Positions 20,982 to 29,921 of a DNA stretch of 64,000 nucleotides are shown here, piece after piece. Location: IMG/VR virus record IMGVR_UViG_3300032288_005130; one strand, written 5' to 3'. The stretch is from an uncultured virus (IMG/VR IMGVR_UViG_3300032288_005130) (taxonomy: Duplodnaviria; Heunggongvirae; Uroviricota; Caudoviricetes). Both the position numbers and the translations under genes were made by a program. The first letter of the stretch is position 1, and every line of letters starts with the position of its first letter. The notes below the pieces were generated by a model. The model did not search any database. It was not told the origin of the DNA and was given only the letters and a program-made list of their open reading frames with translations.

Positions 20982-21229
20982 AATCCAAATATCTTTTTAA
21001 TTTTATTCATTCTCCTCATTTTCCTCATTGATAGTCTATTCATAGCAAATGTGAATGTTGATGGATAAAGAGAAGCAAAATCAAAATTAACACTAACACC
21101 ACCACTTATATTGTAATAAGAAGAGCTTTTAACACGTTGTGTTGCTGTCCAAGTTACCTCTTTTCTTAACTCTCTTCTTGATTCAATAAGCTCCTTATAC
21201 ATTTCTTCTAATTTTTCTTCGTCATTCAT
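20978..21229 (-). CDS. small protein carrying a family-B polymerase motif A-like peptide (DFASLYPS) and a C-tag variant
   Basis: VNFDFASLYPSTF; ends RRMNKIKKIFGL. Confidence 0.7.
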   Translation of the reverse strand: MNDEEKLEEMYKELIESRRELRKEVTWTATQRVKSSSYYNISGGVSVNFDFASLYPSTFTFAMNRLSMRKMRRMNKIKKIFGL

Positions 21230-21350
21230 TTATAAATATTTTTAATATTTTTGCTTTTCTTTGAGACTTTCTTATTCTATTTCTTATCCTTTTGATAAAT
21301 CTAGCATAATAAGTTTCAGGTATCTCTATACCACTTCCAAATGGTTTCAT
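21222..21350 (-). CDS. 42-aa basic protein ending QRKAKILKIFINE, absent from ORF track
   Basis: Translated by hand; overlaps both neighbours. Confidence 0.6.
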   Translation of the reverse strand: MKPFGSGIEIPETYYARFIKRIRNRIRKSQRKAKILKIFINE

Positions 21351-21961
21351 TTACTTGCTACTTTTCTAAACTCAGTTAAGACTTGATTATGTAATGAACC
21401 AAACTCTTTATCTAATTCATCCCAGGTCCATTCCTTTGACTTAATCTTATCCCATACAAAGTTAGCACAAGAGAAATCAGTTATTGTTCCTTCACTTGCT
21501 ATTTGTGTAGCAAACATAGGTATTCTAATTGAATGGTATAAACTTTTTATACCTTGGTAGTAATCACCTTGTCCTAATTTCTTTTTTGATTTAACCCAAC
21601 TATTAGAACTGATGTGAGAAGTTGCATGTCTTAGTTTAGCACTATCAAACTTTAGTTTCCACTTTCTATCTTCTTTTAGTTTAGCCCAATCAGGAGCAAA
21701 GATACATTCTAAATTGTTTATACGGTGCCAATCTAAATCTTCTTGAAATTTATTTAGAGTGTAAACATGTATATTGTAAATACCTCTTTTAAGCCCGGAT
21801 AGTTCAGTTGCTTCAACTGAGTTGTTAGCAACCATAATAATATCCCAATCAGATTTTTCATTTGATGTTCCATAGACACGGCTACCAAAAATATAGATGC
21901 AGAATACTCTACTTGGATGAAATCCTGATGCACTTATTATATCCTCAGCTGTTGGTATCAT
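21347..21961 (-). CDS. nucleotidyltransferase (Pol-beta superfamily)
   Basis: FGSRVYG...SDWD catalytic motif. Confidence 0.85.
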   Translation of the reverse strand: MIPTAEDIISASGFHPSRVFCIYIFGSRVYGTSNEKSDWDIIMVANNSVEATELSGLKRGIYNIHVYTLNKFQEDLDWHRINNLECIFAPDWAKLKEDRKWKLKFDSAKLRHATSHISSNSWVKSKKKLGQGDYYQGIKSLYHSIRIPMFATQIASEGTITDFSCANFVWDKIKSKEWTWDELDKEFGSLHNQVLTEFRKVASK

Positions 21962-22209
21962 TATAATATCTTATTTATCTTTCTATCTCTTACTGCGGTT
22001 GAGTCTAAACTATCTAAAATTCCTTCAATACAATCTTGACATAAGTTAGATGTTCCACCTCCGAGTAAGTGTAAACAAGCACATCTTACATCATGTCTAT
22101 CACAACCATCACAAATCCTGTTATTATTCTCACTAACATACATTAAAGTTGTTTTAAGAACATGTGGTCTGTCATCAAACTTAGATTTATGTATTAGTCT
22201 TTCCGTCAT
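21961..22209 (-). CDS. Zn-finger protein with C-tag (VRDRKINKIL)
   Basis: CDGC and CQDC motifs; tag. Confidence 0.75.
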   Translation of the reverse strand: MTERLIHKSKFDDRPHVLKTTLMYVSENNNRICDGCDRHDVRCACLHLLGGGTSNLCQDCIEGILDSLDSTAVRDRKINKIL

Positions 22210-22630
22210 CTAATATACTAATTATTTTCTTATCTCTTTCAATACTTTTTAAAATTAAATCAATATTATCATGATCAAATGTTTGTTCTGATATATCATT
22301 TATACTTCCTCTAAATATTCTTTTACAAGGATAGTAACCATCTTCATTTATTCCTTGACCGAATGGATTGTCAGGATCTGGTATCTTTTGAAATCCTTTC
22401 CATATCTCAAATATCTTTTTATCTTTATCATAAAAGTAAGCCCATTCACAAAATAGTGAATCTCTAATAAATCCAATCTCATCTTCTTCAATTGGATATA
22501 GTGAGAATTCATCTTTACTACAAGCTAAATAAAATCCGGCTCCTAATCCCTCTGGATAAGAATCATGACTATTGTAATTAGCAGTGTATTTTTCTTCTTG
22601 TATAAATCCGTAAAGTCCTCTTGTTCCCAT
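22187..22630 (-). CDS. hypothetical phage protein (MGTRG...HDSYPEGLG...CEWAY) with C-tag (ERDKKIISIL)
   Basis: ORF track; tag near the C-terminus. Confidence 0.75.
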   Translation of the reverse strand: MGTRGLYGFIQEEKYTANYNSHDSYPEGLGAGFYLACSKDEFSLYPIEEDEIGFIRDSLFCEWAYFYDKDKKIFEIWKGFQKIPDPDNPFGQGINEDGYYPCKRIFRGSINDISEQTFDHDNIDLILKSIERDKKIISILDDGKTNT

Positions 22631-22929
22631 TATTTAAATTTTAAGTATTCTTCTTCTGTTAAAATATATTTGTTTATAAAACCGGTAATGTAACCCCAAG
22701 CTTCTTTAATATCTGATCTTAATATAGCACTTTCTATCCCATTGAGTTTGGTTATATTACCCCATTCATCTAAATATGGAGCTTTTGCTCCCCATTTGTG
22801 TACTTCCCAAAGAGCTTTCCACACTGGCATTAGTTTATTCCAATCTTCGTGGTAGTTTAATTCAGGTGACCACTCCACTTTCATAAAGTAGGCAAGTATT
22901 TTATTTCCCTTTTCTTGTGTTTCTGTCAT
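22630..22929 (-). CDS. hypothetical phage protein (YHEDWNKLMPV)
   Basis: ORF track; coupled to neighbours. Confidence 0.7.
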   Translation of the reverse strand: MTETQEKGNKILAYFMKVEWSPELNYHEDWNKLMPVWKALWEVHKWGAKAPYLDEWGNITKLNGIESAILRSDIKEAWGYITGFINKYILTEEEYLKFK

Positions 22930-23282
22930 AGTAATTTACCGTAATGTTTTATAAATGTTTCTTTATCATATCCTCTGATAAACCATTCTTCTTCTGGGCA
23001 ACCCCATTTATTAAGTGGATTGCTATCTAAAACTATATAATCACCTACTTCATGGTATGAGTTAGATGTAGATCCTTCGCTTAGATACTCAGTGGATATA
23101 AACATAGTATCACTATCATTTTTATCTGTTTTCTCATTATAGCATCTACCTACACTGATTTTTAAATCATCATAAGTATTTAGTTTAATTAGAAATTCTT
23201 TTCTAATTGACTCTAATGTTTCATCATTGTTGTTCCAAACAACAAACTTTATATCTTGCTTTCTTTTTATTGTTTCTATCAT
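22926..23282 (-). CDS. hypothetical protein
   Basis: ORF track. Confidence 0.7.
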   Translation of the reverse strand: MIETIKRKQDIKFVVWNNNDETLESIRKEFLIKLNTYDDLKISVGRCYNEKTDKNDSDTMFISTEYLSEGSTSNSYHEVGDYIVLDSNPLNKWGCPEEEWFIRGYDKETFIKHYGKLL

Positions 23283-23303
23283 ATTAAAGTATTTTTTATT
23301 ATC

Positions 23304-23783
23304 TTAACATCCAAAGATACTATTATAATCACCAAATGTTTTATCCCTATCTTCAATTATATTCTTCATAATTTCCTCTGGGATAAAAACCATTGTATCT
23401 CTTAAAGGATCAACTCCATCAGGGAATATAGATTTTTTTGGTATGTCTTTATTATAAAACTCCATGTGACCACTTGTGATATAATGTAAAAGTAGTGTTC
23501 TGTGACTAATGAAAGCTTTTCGCTTGGAATCACCTTGAGCAGTACCACTAACTTCCGCAATAATATAATTCCAAGGAAAAAGTGAACAACATATATCAAT
23601 ATCAGAATAAAGATTAATTGTTTCAATTAACGAACCCGGTCTTCTACTGATTTCTCCCCAGTTTTGAACAACTTCTTCTTTAGTATAAAAATGCAACTCT
23701 CTTTGAGGTATTCCCCAACCATTGTTAATGCGTAGGATTCTTTTATCCCTACTTATTTCTTTTAACCAATCTGTAAATTTCAT
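23304..23783 (-). CDS. hypothetical protein
   Basis: ORF track. Confidence 0.7.
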   Translation of the reverse strand: MKFTDWLKEISRDKRILRINNGWGIPQRELHFYTKEEVVQNWGEISRRPGSLIETINLYSDIDICCSLFPWNYIIAEVSGTAQGDSKRKAFISHRTLLLHYITSGHMEFYNKDIPKKSIFPDGVDPLRDTMVFIPEEIMKNIIEDRDKTFGDYNSIFGC

Positions 23784-23794
23784 AATTTATTATA

Positions 23795-24292
23795 TTAAAA
23801 TCCTTCCCAAAAGTCCTCTCCTTCAACATGTTGTATAATGTTAGGAGATGGTTTAAGTATATTTGGATCAATCTTATTATATTTATCCATCTTTTTCTTA
23901 AACTCGGCCTTCTTTATATCCATTAATTTAGATATGTGACCAACAACATCATCATAAGCACTACCTAAAAACTCTCCTTTATCACTTATCTTATCTATTC
24001 TTCCCTTATGGAATGATATTTCATAATCTTCATTCAAAAGCTCTCCCAACTTTATATCTCTTTTTGAAGATTCAGATGCATTCTCTTTTAAAAGATCATC
24101 CATTGTTTTTCTCTCAATGTAATCTAAATCTATACCAAGCTTAGTAATAGCTGCTGGTAAAGATTTATATTTTTTTGCTTCAAACCAATTTTGAGAATAG
24201 TTATCACATAACTTATTTTTATAACCAACATAGTAGCCACATTGTTCTATTCCATATGATTTAAATCTTTCTCTGTAAACTATATACCACAT
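23795..24292 (-). CDS. hypothetical protein with internal tag (KRDIKLGELL)
   Basis: Tag motif lies mid-protein. Confidence 0.7.
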   Translation of the reverse strand: MWYIVYRERFKSYGIEQCGYYVGYKNKLCDNYSQNWFEAKKYKSLPAAITKLGIDLDYIERKTMDDLLKENASESSKRDIKLGELLNEDYEISFHKGRIDKISDKGEFLGSAYDDVVGHISKLMDIKKAEFKKKMDKYNKIDPNILKPSPNIIQHVEGEDFWEGF

Positions 24293-24303
24293 AATACTCT
24301 TTT

Positions 24304-24591
24304 TTATATTCCTAATTCTTTTAATTTATTATCTCTGTCTAATTCAATAGACATACTTTCTAACTTCTTAGATAAAAACCACATTAAACCAGAGTCACCA
24401 AAATGATCTGGTCTTTCTGGCCAAGGATCTCTACCTTCAGAGTTCATCTGTCTTGCTTCCTCACACCACTCTTCGGGTATTAACTCCGAAATTTCTTTAT
24501 CTAAATCATTACAAACATGATTATCAAATCGATCTTTAGCTAATATCAGCATTTTTGATGACAACTCTAATAATAATTTCACATCTCTCAT
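24304..24591 (-). CDS. C-tag protein (RDNKLKELGI)
   Basis: Shared C-terminal tag. Confidence 0.8.
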   Translation of the reverse strand: MRDVKLLLELSSKMLILAKDRFDNHVCNDLDKEISELIPEEWCEEARQMNSEGRDPWPERPDHFGDSGLMWFLSKKLESMSIELDRDNKLKELGI

Positions 24592-24812
24592 ATTCCTAAT
24601 TTTTCTAATTTATCATTGCGATATTTATCCAAGGTAATAAATCTACCAGAGTGATAACTTCCTCTATTACCAATATCATTGATTATATTAAATACCCAAT
24701 CATTATGACTAACATTGTCTCCTAATGCCTCATAAGTCTTACCAACTGTTAGATTAACCCAATCATTTGTGGCTTTATCCATTTCACCATTATTAATACA
24801 AACTACTTTCAT
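24588..24812 (-). CDS. C-tag protein, MKVVC/LTVGKTY family (start corrected to 24812)
   Basis: ATGA overlap with the upstream stop; ends RNDKLEKLGI. Confidence 0.8.
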   Translation of the reverse strand: MKVVCINNGEMDKATNDWVNLTVGKTYEALGDNVSHNDWVFNIINDIGNRGSYHSGRFITLDKYRNDKLEKLGI

Positions 24813-25090
24813 ATTCCTAATTCCTTTAATTTCCAACTTCTTAAATATTCTTTAACTAAACAAAAATGAGTGCAATATTTATTACTATCCACCTCTTTAA
24901 TGTAAGAATAAGCTATAACTCCATTTTGTAATTTAGAACCTAAAAATAAATCAAACTCGTTCTTATCAAAATTTAAACCTTTATCACTTAATTTTTCTCT
25001 AATTACGCCACCACTCACAAATTTATCTCCGATAATATCTATCAACCAAGTTTCCTCTTGATGATATCCAAATCTTTGTCCTCTACTCAT
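24809..25090 (-). CDS. C-tag protein (RSWKLKELGI)
   Basis: Tag; coupled. Confidence 0.8.
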   Translation of the reverse strand: MSRGQRFGYHQEETWLIDIIGDKFVSGGVIREKLSDKGLNFDKNEFDLFLGSKLQNGVIAYSYIKEVDSNKYCTHFCLVKEYLRSWKLKELGI

Positions 25091-25305
25091 ATTCCCAATT
25101 CTTTTAACTTATCTTCTCTTAACTTACTAAGTAACTCAAACTTATGACTGATGAATCTTGTTTCACATATTGTATTACCATCATCATCTTTTAAGTCTAA
25201 ACCTCTCATACCATCATTACCAGTAATGATGAATTGATGCCCTTTCTTATATAATTTTCCATTAAATTCAAAGTCTTCTAAGAAAACTACTCTTTGTCCT
25301 ATCAT
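25087..25305 (-). CDS. C-tag protein (REDKLKELGI)
   Basis: Tag; coupled. Confidence 0.8.
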   Translation of the reverse strand: MIGQRVVFLEDFEFNGKLYKKGHQFIITGNDGMRGLDLKDDDGNTICETRFISHKFELLSKLREDKLKELGI

Positions 25306-25568
25306 ATTCCTAAATCACTTAATGTATTATCTAATTTCAAATCTTTATTCCATTCTTCTAACTCTTTCAAATAATATTCACGACTAATCCATTTACCTCC
25401 ATATCCAAGACTATCATATACAGCATTATCCATACCATACCAAACGGTTGCTCTTGCTCTCTCAAAGTCAACATATAAACCATTAAAAGTGGTTTCTATA
25501 CTAACTAAAATACCCCTACCATCTTTAGTATTTACTTCCTGAAATATTCTTAAAAAACTTGGTTTCAT
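25302..25568 (-). CDS. C-tag protein (LDNTLSDLGI)
   Basis: Tag variant; coupled. Confidence 0.8.
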   Translation of the reverse strand: MKPSFLRIFQEVNTKDGRGILVSIETTFNGLYVDFERARATVWYGMDNAVYDSLGYGGKWISREYYLKELEEWNKDLKLDNTLSDLGI

Positions 25569-25849
25569 TTAAATATAATTTCTTTACCCTCAATAGTTGT
25601 GTCCAAATCACTATTATCTGATTGGATAGTTGGATATGTTATTGTCAATTCTTTTGCGCCAAAATGTTTCTGAGCTTCTTTAATAACCCAAAGAAAGTCT
25701 GAACCATTACAAGAACTACCATTAAACTCATAACACTTATGTTTATCTTCTGATAAATCATAAACAATGATATCATTTATCTTACAAATGATTTCCTTCT
25801 CCATTCTTAGAGTATAAACTCTACCGCTTTTACTTAATCTTCCTTTCAT
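25565..25849 (-). CDS. hypothetical protein, no tag
   Basis: Coupled within the array. Confidence 0.7.
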   Translation of the reverse strand: MKGRLSKSGRVYTLRMEKEIICKINDIIVYDLSEDKHKCYEFNGSSCNGSDFLWVIKEAQKHFGAKELTITYPTIQSDNSDLDTTIEGKEIIFK

Positions 25850-26166
25850 ATTCCTAGTTGCTCTAATTTATTACTCCTTGTAACTGACAATCTAAATCGT
25901 TCAATACAAGCACTCACCTCTTTATAATAATCACTTTTATTATCGTCAATATTATGTGACCACTCTTTCCAATCCTTACTAGTATCTTTAGTCCTAACAA
26001 GCATAATGGATATATTATCCACACTCAAACGGATACCATTAACCCTCAAATCTTTCTTCATATCATAAGAAATTGCACTCCAATACTTAAAAATAATAGA
26101 CTTGATATCTTCAAAGAATTCCTCTCTGAATACATCATCTCTTGCTATATAATAAAAATCATTCAT
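25846..26166 (-). CDS. C-tag protein (RSNKLEQLGI)
   Basis: Tag; coupled. Confidence 0.8.
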   Translation of the reverse strand: MNDFYYIARDDVFREEFFEDIKSIIFKYWSAISYDMKKDLRVNGIRLSVDNISIMLVRTKDTSKDWKEWSHNIDDNKSDYYKEVSACIERFRLSVTRSNKLEQLGI

Positions 26167-26381
26167 ATTCCTAATTGACTTAATCTCATATCTCTTACTT
26201 CTCTAACTAACTCACTACCTTTCATCCTGCCTAATTTACCTTTATAAGTAGCCGCACAAGATTTGCCACAACACAATCCCCAACCTCGATTAACATTTCT
26301 TTTATCTGGTGTAAATTCTTTACCACAATTGTGACAATTCTTAGTTACTTTTACCGACTTTGCTTTATCAAATAATGTCAT
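26163..26381 (-). CDS. Zn-finger C-tag protein (RDMRLSQLGI)
   Basis: CHNC...CCGKSC; tag. Confidence 0.8.
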   Translation of the reverse strand: MTLFDKAKSVKVTKNCHNCGKEFTPDKRNVNRGWGLCCGKSCAATYKGKLGRMKGSELVREVRDMRLSQLGI

Positions 26382-26638
26382 ACTCCTAATTCTTTTAAAT
26401 TTTTATCTCTTCTAAATGCCGTTATCAATTGGGTGCATTCTCTTATTGATGCTCTTTTACCATTTATTTCAAACTCCATATGATATTTTTTTCCATCAGA
26501 AGTTATATGTGGAAAGTAGGAGTAGTTTGAATTATATGGTGTTAGATGAATTCTTTTCTCAATGATATCATCACCATATAAAAATCGCATATGTGTTCCA
26601 TAGGGAGCTATATAATCAATAAATTCTTGTTCTGTCAT
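26378..26638 (-). CDS. C-tag protein (RDKNLKELGV)
   Basis: Tag; coupled. Confidence 0.8.
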   Translation of the reverse strand: MTEQEFIDYIAPYGTHMRFLYGDDIIEKRIHLTPYNSNYSYFPHITSDGKKYHMEFEINGKRASIRECTQLITAFRRDKNLKELGV

Positions 26639-26991
26639 TGCTTTATATTTACTGGCATTAATATCATACTATTTCCCTTACAAACTAAATCAATATAAGT
26701 TTCACACTCTTCAATATCATCAGCGACAAATTCAACTCTAACACCACCATTCTCACTCAAAGGATAAATTACAAGTTTCTTTTTCATTGGCTTATAAAGA
26801 CCAACATATTGACCCCATCCACTTTCATCTGTTTTCTTTAGAGCAACCGTGTAGTGTAATTTGATATTAGTTTCTTCATCACCTAAAACTTGATTAATTC
26901 TATTATCTCTTAGTTCTTGTTTACTTACTTCCCAACCATGTTCATTAGTCATTTCCCAACGGTATTTACCTTTCTCATAAAAACTCCTCAT
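26635..26991 (-). CDS. protein with internal tag (LRDNRINQVLG)
   Basis: Tag near the N-terminus. Confidence 0.75.
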   Translation of the reverse strand: MRSFYEKGKYRWEMTNEHGWEVSKQELRDNRINQVLGDEETNIKLHYTVALKKTDESGWGQYVGLYKPMKKKLVIYPLSENGGVRVEFVADDIEECETYIDLVCKGNSMILMPVNIKQ

Positions 26992-27173
26992 ATTCCTAAT
27001 TCTTTTAGTTTTTTATCTCTTATAATATCTTCATAATAAACAGGTTTCCATATCTGTGGATAGTTGCTAAACTCACCTGATGTATAAGGTTCAAATGAAC
27101 CAATTGGTCTTCTATTACCAGGGTAATCCATAACTAACTGATAACCCTTTATCTCTGGATGTTTTCTACTCAT
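26988..27173 (-). CDS. C-tag protein (RDKKLKELGI)
   Basis: Tag; coupled. Confidence 0.8.
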   Translation of the reverse strand: MSRKHPEIKGYQLVMDYPGNRRPIGSFEPYTSGEFSNYPQIWKPVYYEDIIRDKKLKELGI

Positions 27174-27676
27174 ATTCCTAATTTATTTAATATTTTATTT
27201 CTAATATTTGATTTAGTTTCCCAATAATTCTTTGTATCTAAATAATATAAATTCATATCTCCTTTTGACTGGTCTAAAAATCTTATCTTCCAATCACCAT
27301 CTGTTTCTTCTACATTTAGAATAACTAACTCAGTTCCTTTGGGAATACACCACCAATTTGGTTTTTGACTTGGATCAGTTGTATTGATGAACTTTCTAAA
27401 TGAACCATCATAGTAAAAATCTTTCTGAACAATTACAATCTCACCAGTCTGGGGAACATCATACTTACTTCTATCAAATTTTACTCTACCATCTATAATA
27501 AAAACTCTTGAAATAGTAATAAAACATAATATAGATATCATTATTGTTCCAAAGATTAAGTTTCCAAATTGAAGACTACCAAATCCAAGTAAAATATACA
27601 CAATCAGTAAAATGAACTTCAATGTTTCTCTTTTATCCAACCAACGGTTGAATCTATAAATTTTATTTTTTAACAT
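27170..27676 (-). CDS. membrane-anchored C-tag protein (RNKILNKLGI)
   Basis: Two N-terminal hydrophobic helices; tag. Confidence 0.8.
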   Translation of the reverse strand: MLKNKIYRFNRWLDKRETLKFILLIVYILLGFGSLQFGNLIFGTIMISILCFITISRVFIIDGRVKFDRSKYDVPQTGEIVIVQKDFYYDGSFRKFINTTDPSQKPNWWCIPKGTELVILNVEETDGDWKIRFLDQSKGDMNLYYLDTKNYWETKSNIRNKILNKLGI

Positions 27677-28020
27677 GCTAATATAAGTGTTTCATATCCG
27701 TAATACTCATCTCCTCTAAGAATATCATCAATTAATTTGGATCTAGTGTGTTTAATCATAAGTTGTTTAATTCCTTCATAATATTCTAAATGTAATTGCC
27801 ACCTTGCTAAACTTCTCCATTTACCTTTTTCTACTAACAAATTATCAATTTCATCTTTAACAGATTGTAGATTTAATATGTCAATTCCATTCCAATCTTT
27901 TCTAAGATAGAATATATCATTATCATAATTGACAATAAATTCAACTTCTTCTCTACCGAATGGATTAACAAACTCTTCAAGTATGTAATAAGTCCTACCG
28001 TTTATAATTTTTAATTTCAT
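27670..28020 (-). CDS. hypothetical protein with tag-like RSKLIDDIL
   Basis: ORF track. Confidence 0.7.
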   Translation of the reverse strand: MKLKIINGRTYYILEEFVNPFGREEVEFIVNYDNDIFYLRKDWNGIDILNLQSVKDEIDNLLVEKGKWRSLARWQLHLEYYEGIKQLMIKHTRSKLIDDILRGDEYYGYETLILAC

Positions 28021-28053
28021 CCTAATAAATCTTAATTAAATCATAATTTATCT

Positions 28054-28353
28054 TCATATCTTTTTGATTAGACTTTTAATTGAATTATCAACTTCTTCAA
28101 AGTTAGGAATCAATATACCATTGTAGATAATAGCAATAGTTTTTCTTTCAACTTTTAATTTTCTAGCAACTTCTCTCATTAATCTTTTGATTCTATTTCT
28201 ATCAACTGCTCTTGGAAAATTTTTAGAAGAAACAGCGAATAAGAATTCAGTAGATTCAGACTCTAAAAACTTAAGCAGGAATTTACCATTTGATACGGAT
28301 TTTCCTTTATCAAATAGGATTTCTATTTCTTTTTTAGATTTTAGAGTATTCAT
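28054..28353 (-). CDS. rnpA: ribonuclease P protein component
   Basis: LKSKKEIEILFDKGKS and the RNR motif AVDRNRIKRLMRE. Confidence 0.85.
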   Translation of the reverse strand: MNTLKSKKEIEILFDKGKSVSNGKFLLKFLESESTEFLFAVSSKNFPRAVDRNRIKRLMREVARKLKVERKTIAIIYNGILIPNFEEVDNSIKSLIKKI

Positions 28354-28357
28354 TAGA

Positions 28358-28398
28358 CAAATATAAGAAAAAAATTCTAATATATAAAATAATATATA
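28358..28398. promoter_or_regulatory. back-to-back promoter module: host-type TATATTTG (minus, 28358-28365) and late-type TAATATATA (plus, 28378-28386 and 28390-28398)
   Basis: TATATTTG is 4 nt from the rnpA ATG; the second TAATATATA is 5 nt from the ATG at 28404. Confidence 0.7.
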
Positions 28399-28403
28399 AC
28401 ATT

Positions 28404-28946
28404 ATGAAATACTTAAAATTATTTGAAGACTTAGAAGACAATTCTAAATATCTTATTCAACTATCATCTGCTAATTCAGGAGGTATTATGAATATGACCA
28501 ATCCATCAGAATCAATTAAAAAAGATGCTGAAGAATGGTGGTCACTTAGTGTTGATGATATTGTTAAATTGGAAATACAAAGTAAATATCAGAACTTACC
28601 GAATGATATTTTAACTCAACTGGTTGGATGTAGAAGTGATGTTTATAAATTTGGTCCTGGATATTTAAAATCTATTGGTGATTTATCAGAACAAGATGTA
28701 AAAAGATTCAGATGTACCGGAAGTTTTGATAAAAAATGTGAAGATGCTTATAAGATGTTATCCAGAGTGGTGAAGAAGTTTAAGAGAATGGACATAGAAC
28801 AAAAAATGTCTTATTTTGGCGAATTAGAAAGTGATGAGTTTTTAGTTATAAGAAACTCTTATATTTATAAAGTATTAGATGGTAAGGATCTAATGGATGA
28901 AGTGATGTCTATATCAAGTAAATTAGATATTATATCTCAAAAATAA
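28404..28946 (+). CDS. N-leader protein (MKYLKLFED)
   Basis: Shared leader; late motif upstream. Confidence 0.8.
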   Translation: MKYLKLFEDLEDNSKYLIQLSSANSGGIMNMTNPSESIKKDAEEWWSLSVDDIVKLEIQSKYQNLPNDILTQLVGCRSDVYKFGPGYLKSIGDLSEQDVKRFRCTGSFDKKCEDAYKMLSRVVKKFKRMDIEQKMSYFGELESDEFLVIRNSYIYKVLDGKDLMDEVMSISSKLDIISQK

Positions 28947-28954
28947 AATAAAGT

Positions 28955-29164
28955 ATGAAGAAGTTTTTTATAGTATTATTATTCACATTTATATCTATAA
29001 TTTCAAATGCTCAATCATTATTTGATTTTAATTACTATGAATATAATAGGTTTAAAGTATCTGGACAAGCTCTTTGTGGAACAGGAAATGCTTATTGTAT
29101 GGTAACAAGAAGTCAGTATCAAAATCAATTTGGTAATTACACATATCTATTTTTATATCTCTAA
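28955..29164 (+). pseudogene. 5' half of a secreted protein gene, apparently interrupted near 29146
   Basis: Signal peptide MKKFFIVLLFTFISIISNAQ; the frame runs into unrelated sequence; candidate 3' half at 32911-33126. Confidence 0.55.
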
Positions 29165-29169
29165 CAATG

Positions 29170-29295
29170 TCAATCATTTATTAAGTTTTTCATTTTCCAA
29201 GCTTCATAAGTATTTAGTATTAGACCTGATATGGTCATTGGTCCTACTCCACCAGGAACTGGTGTTATCCATTTTGTATATTTTCTTACTATGTG
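29170..29295 (-). pseudogene. folD: 3' remnant of folD (methylenetetrahydrofolate dehydrogenase/cyclohydrolase)
   Basis: Hand translation gives [39 protein letters not shown] is the FolD signature; no 5' portion is present. Confidence 0.8.
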
Positions 29296-29296
29296 A

Positions 29297-29467
29297 TTAT
29301 TTTAACTCAATTTTTACTTCGTTTATATAGTCAAAATCGGAATCCTCAAAAGAGGCTGTATATCCGACTAAGCTCCATGGGTTTGGTATGTTTTTATGAT
29401 ATCGAGCTATAGTAAACTCTCCTCTATGTTTAACCCAATAATATCCTTCTTGTCTCATTTTTATCAT
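29297..29467 (-). CDS. 56-aa protein ([18 protein letters not shown]...), absent from ORF track
   Basis: Translated by hand; TATATTTG 4 nt upstream (29472-29479). Confidence 0.7.
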   Translation of the reverse strand: MIKMRQEGYYWVKHRGEFTIARYHKNIPNPWSLVGYTASFEDSDFDYINEVKIELK

Positions 29468-29525
29468 AATACAAATATAGGTATTTTATATAAGAAATAC
29501 AAAAATCCGCTACGTTTTTTTGTAT
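29458..29525. repeat. about 68-bp direct repeat, copy 1 (promoter plus start-codon module)
   Basis: ttttatcataatacaaa[t/g]ataggtattttat[a/t]taagaaatacaaaaatccgctacgtttttttgtat. Confidence 0.9.
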
Positions 29526-29556
29526 TTTATTTAACTAATGAAGTGAGAGATGTTAT

Positions 29557-29856
29557 TTAGTTCGAATATGTATTTAATTCATCATCCCAATGTCTAATAT
29601 CATATTGACGGAAATCAAAATTGATATTAAGTAAAGAAAGGTTAAAAGTAATACCGTGATGATGGCATCTACGGGTAATATCAAGGTCAATCTTAATTAG
29701 ATATAAATCTAAATAGAATTGAAAGTAGTTATGTTCGGTGAGGGCGCGGATATTAAAATCTAATCCGCTAAAATACATAGCACATAGATAGAATTGTATC
29801 TCAAGTGTTTTTAATGAACTAAGTTCATACATTCTCCAAAAAAAGGTTTTTATCAT
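29557..29856 (-). CDS. hypothetical protein
   Basis: TATCTTTG 4 nt upstream (29861-29868). Confidence 0.7.
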   Translation of the reverse strand: MIKTFFWRMYELSSLKTLEIQFYLCAMYFSGLDFNIRALTEHNYFQFYLDLYLIKIDLDITRRCHHHGITFNLSLLNINFDFRQYDIRHWDDELNTYSN

Positions 29857-29914
29857 AATACAAAGATAGGTATTTTATTTAAGAAATACAAAAATCCGCT
29901 ACGTTTTTTTGTAT
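29847..29914. repeat. about 68-bp direct repeat, copy 2
   Basis: Near-identical to 29458-29525; partial inverted third copy at about 30380-30410. Confidence 0.9.
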
Positions 29915-29921
29915 ATTTTTT

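Noticed and set aside
20978..21229. Split or intron-interrupted DNA polymerase gene
   Set aside because: No other family-B polymerase motifs (KxxxNSxYG, YGDTDS) were seen in neighbouring frames.
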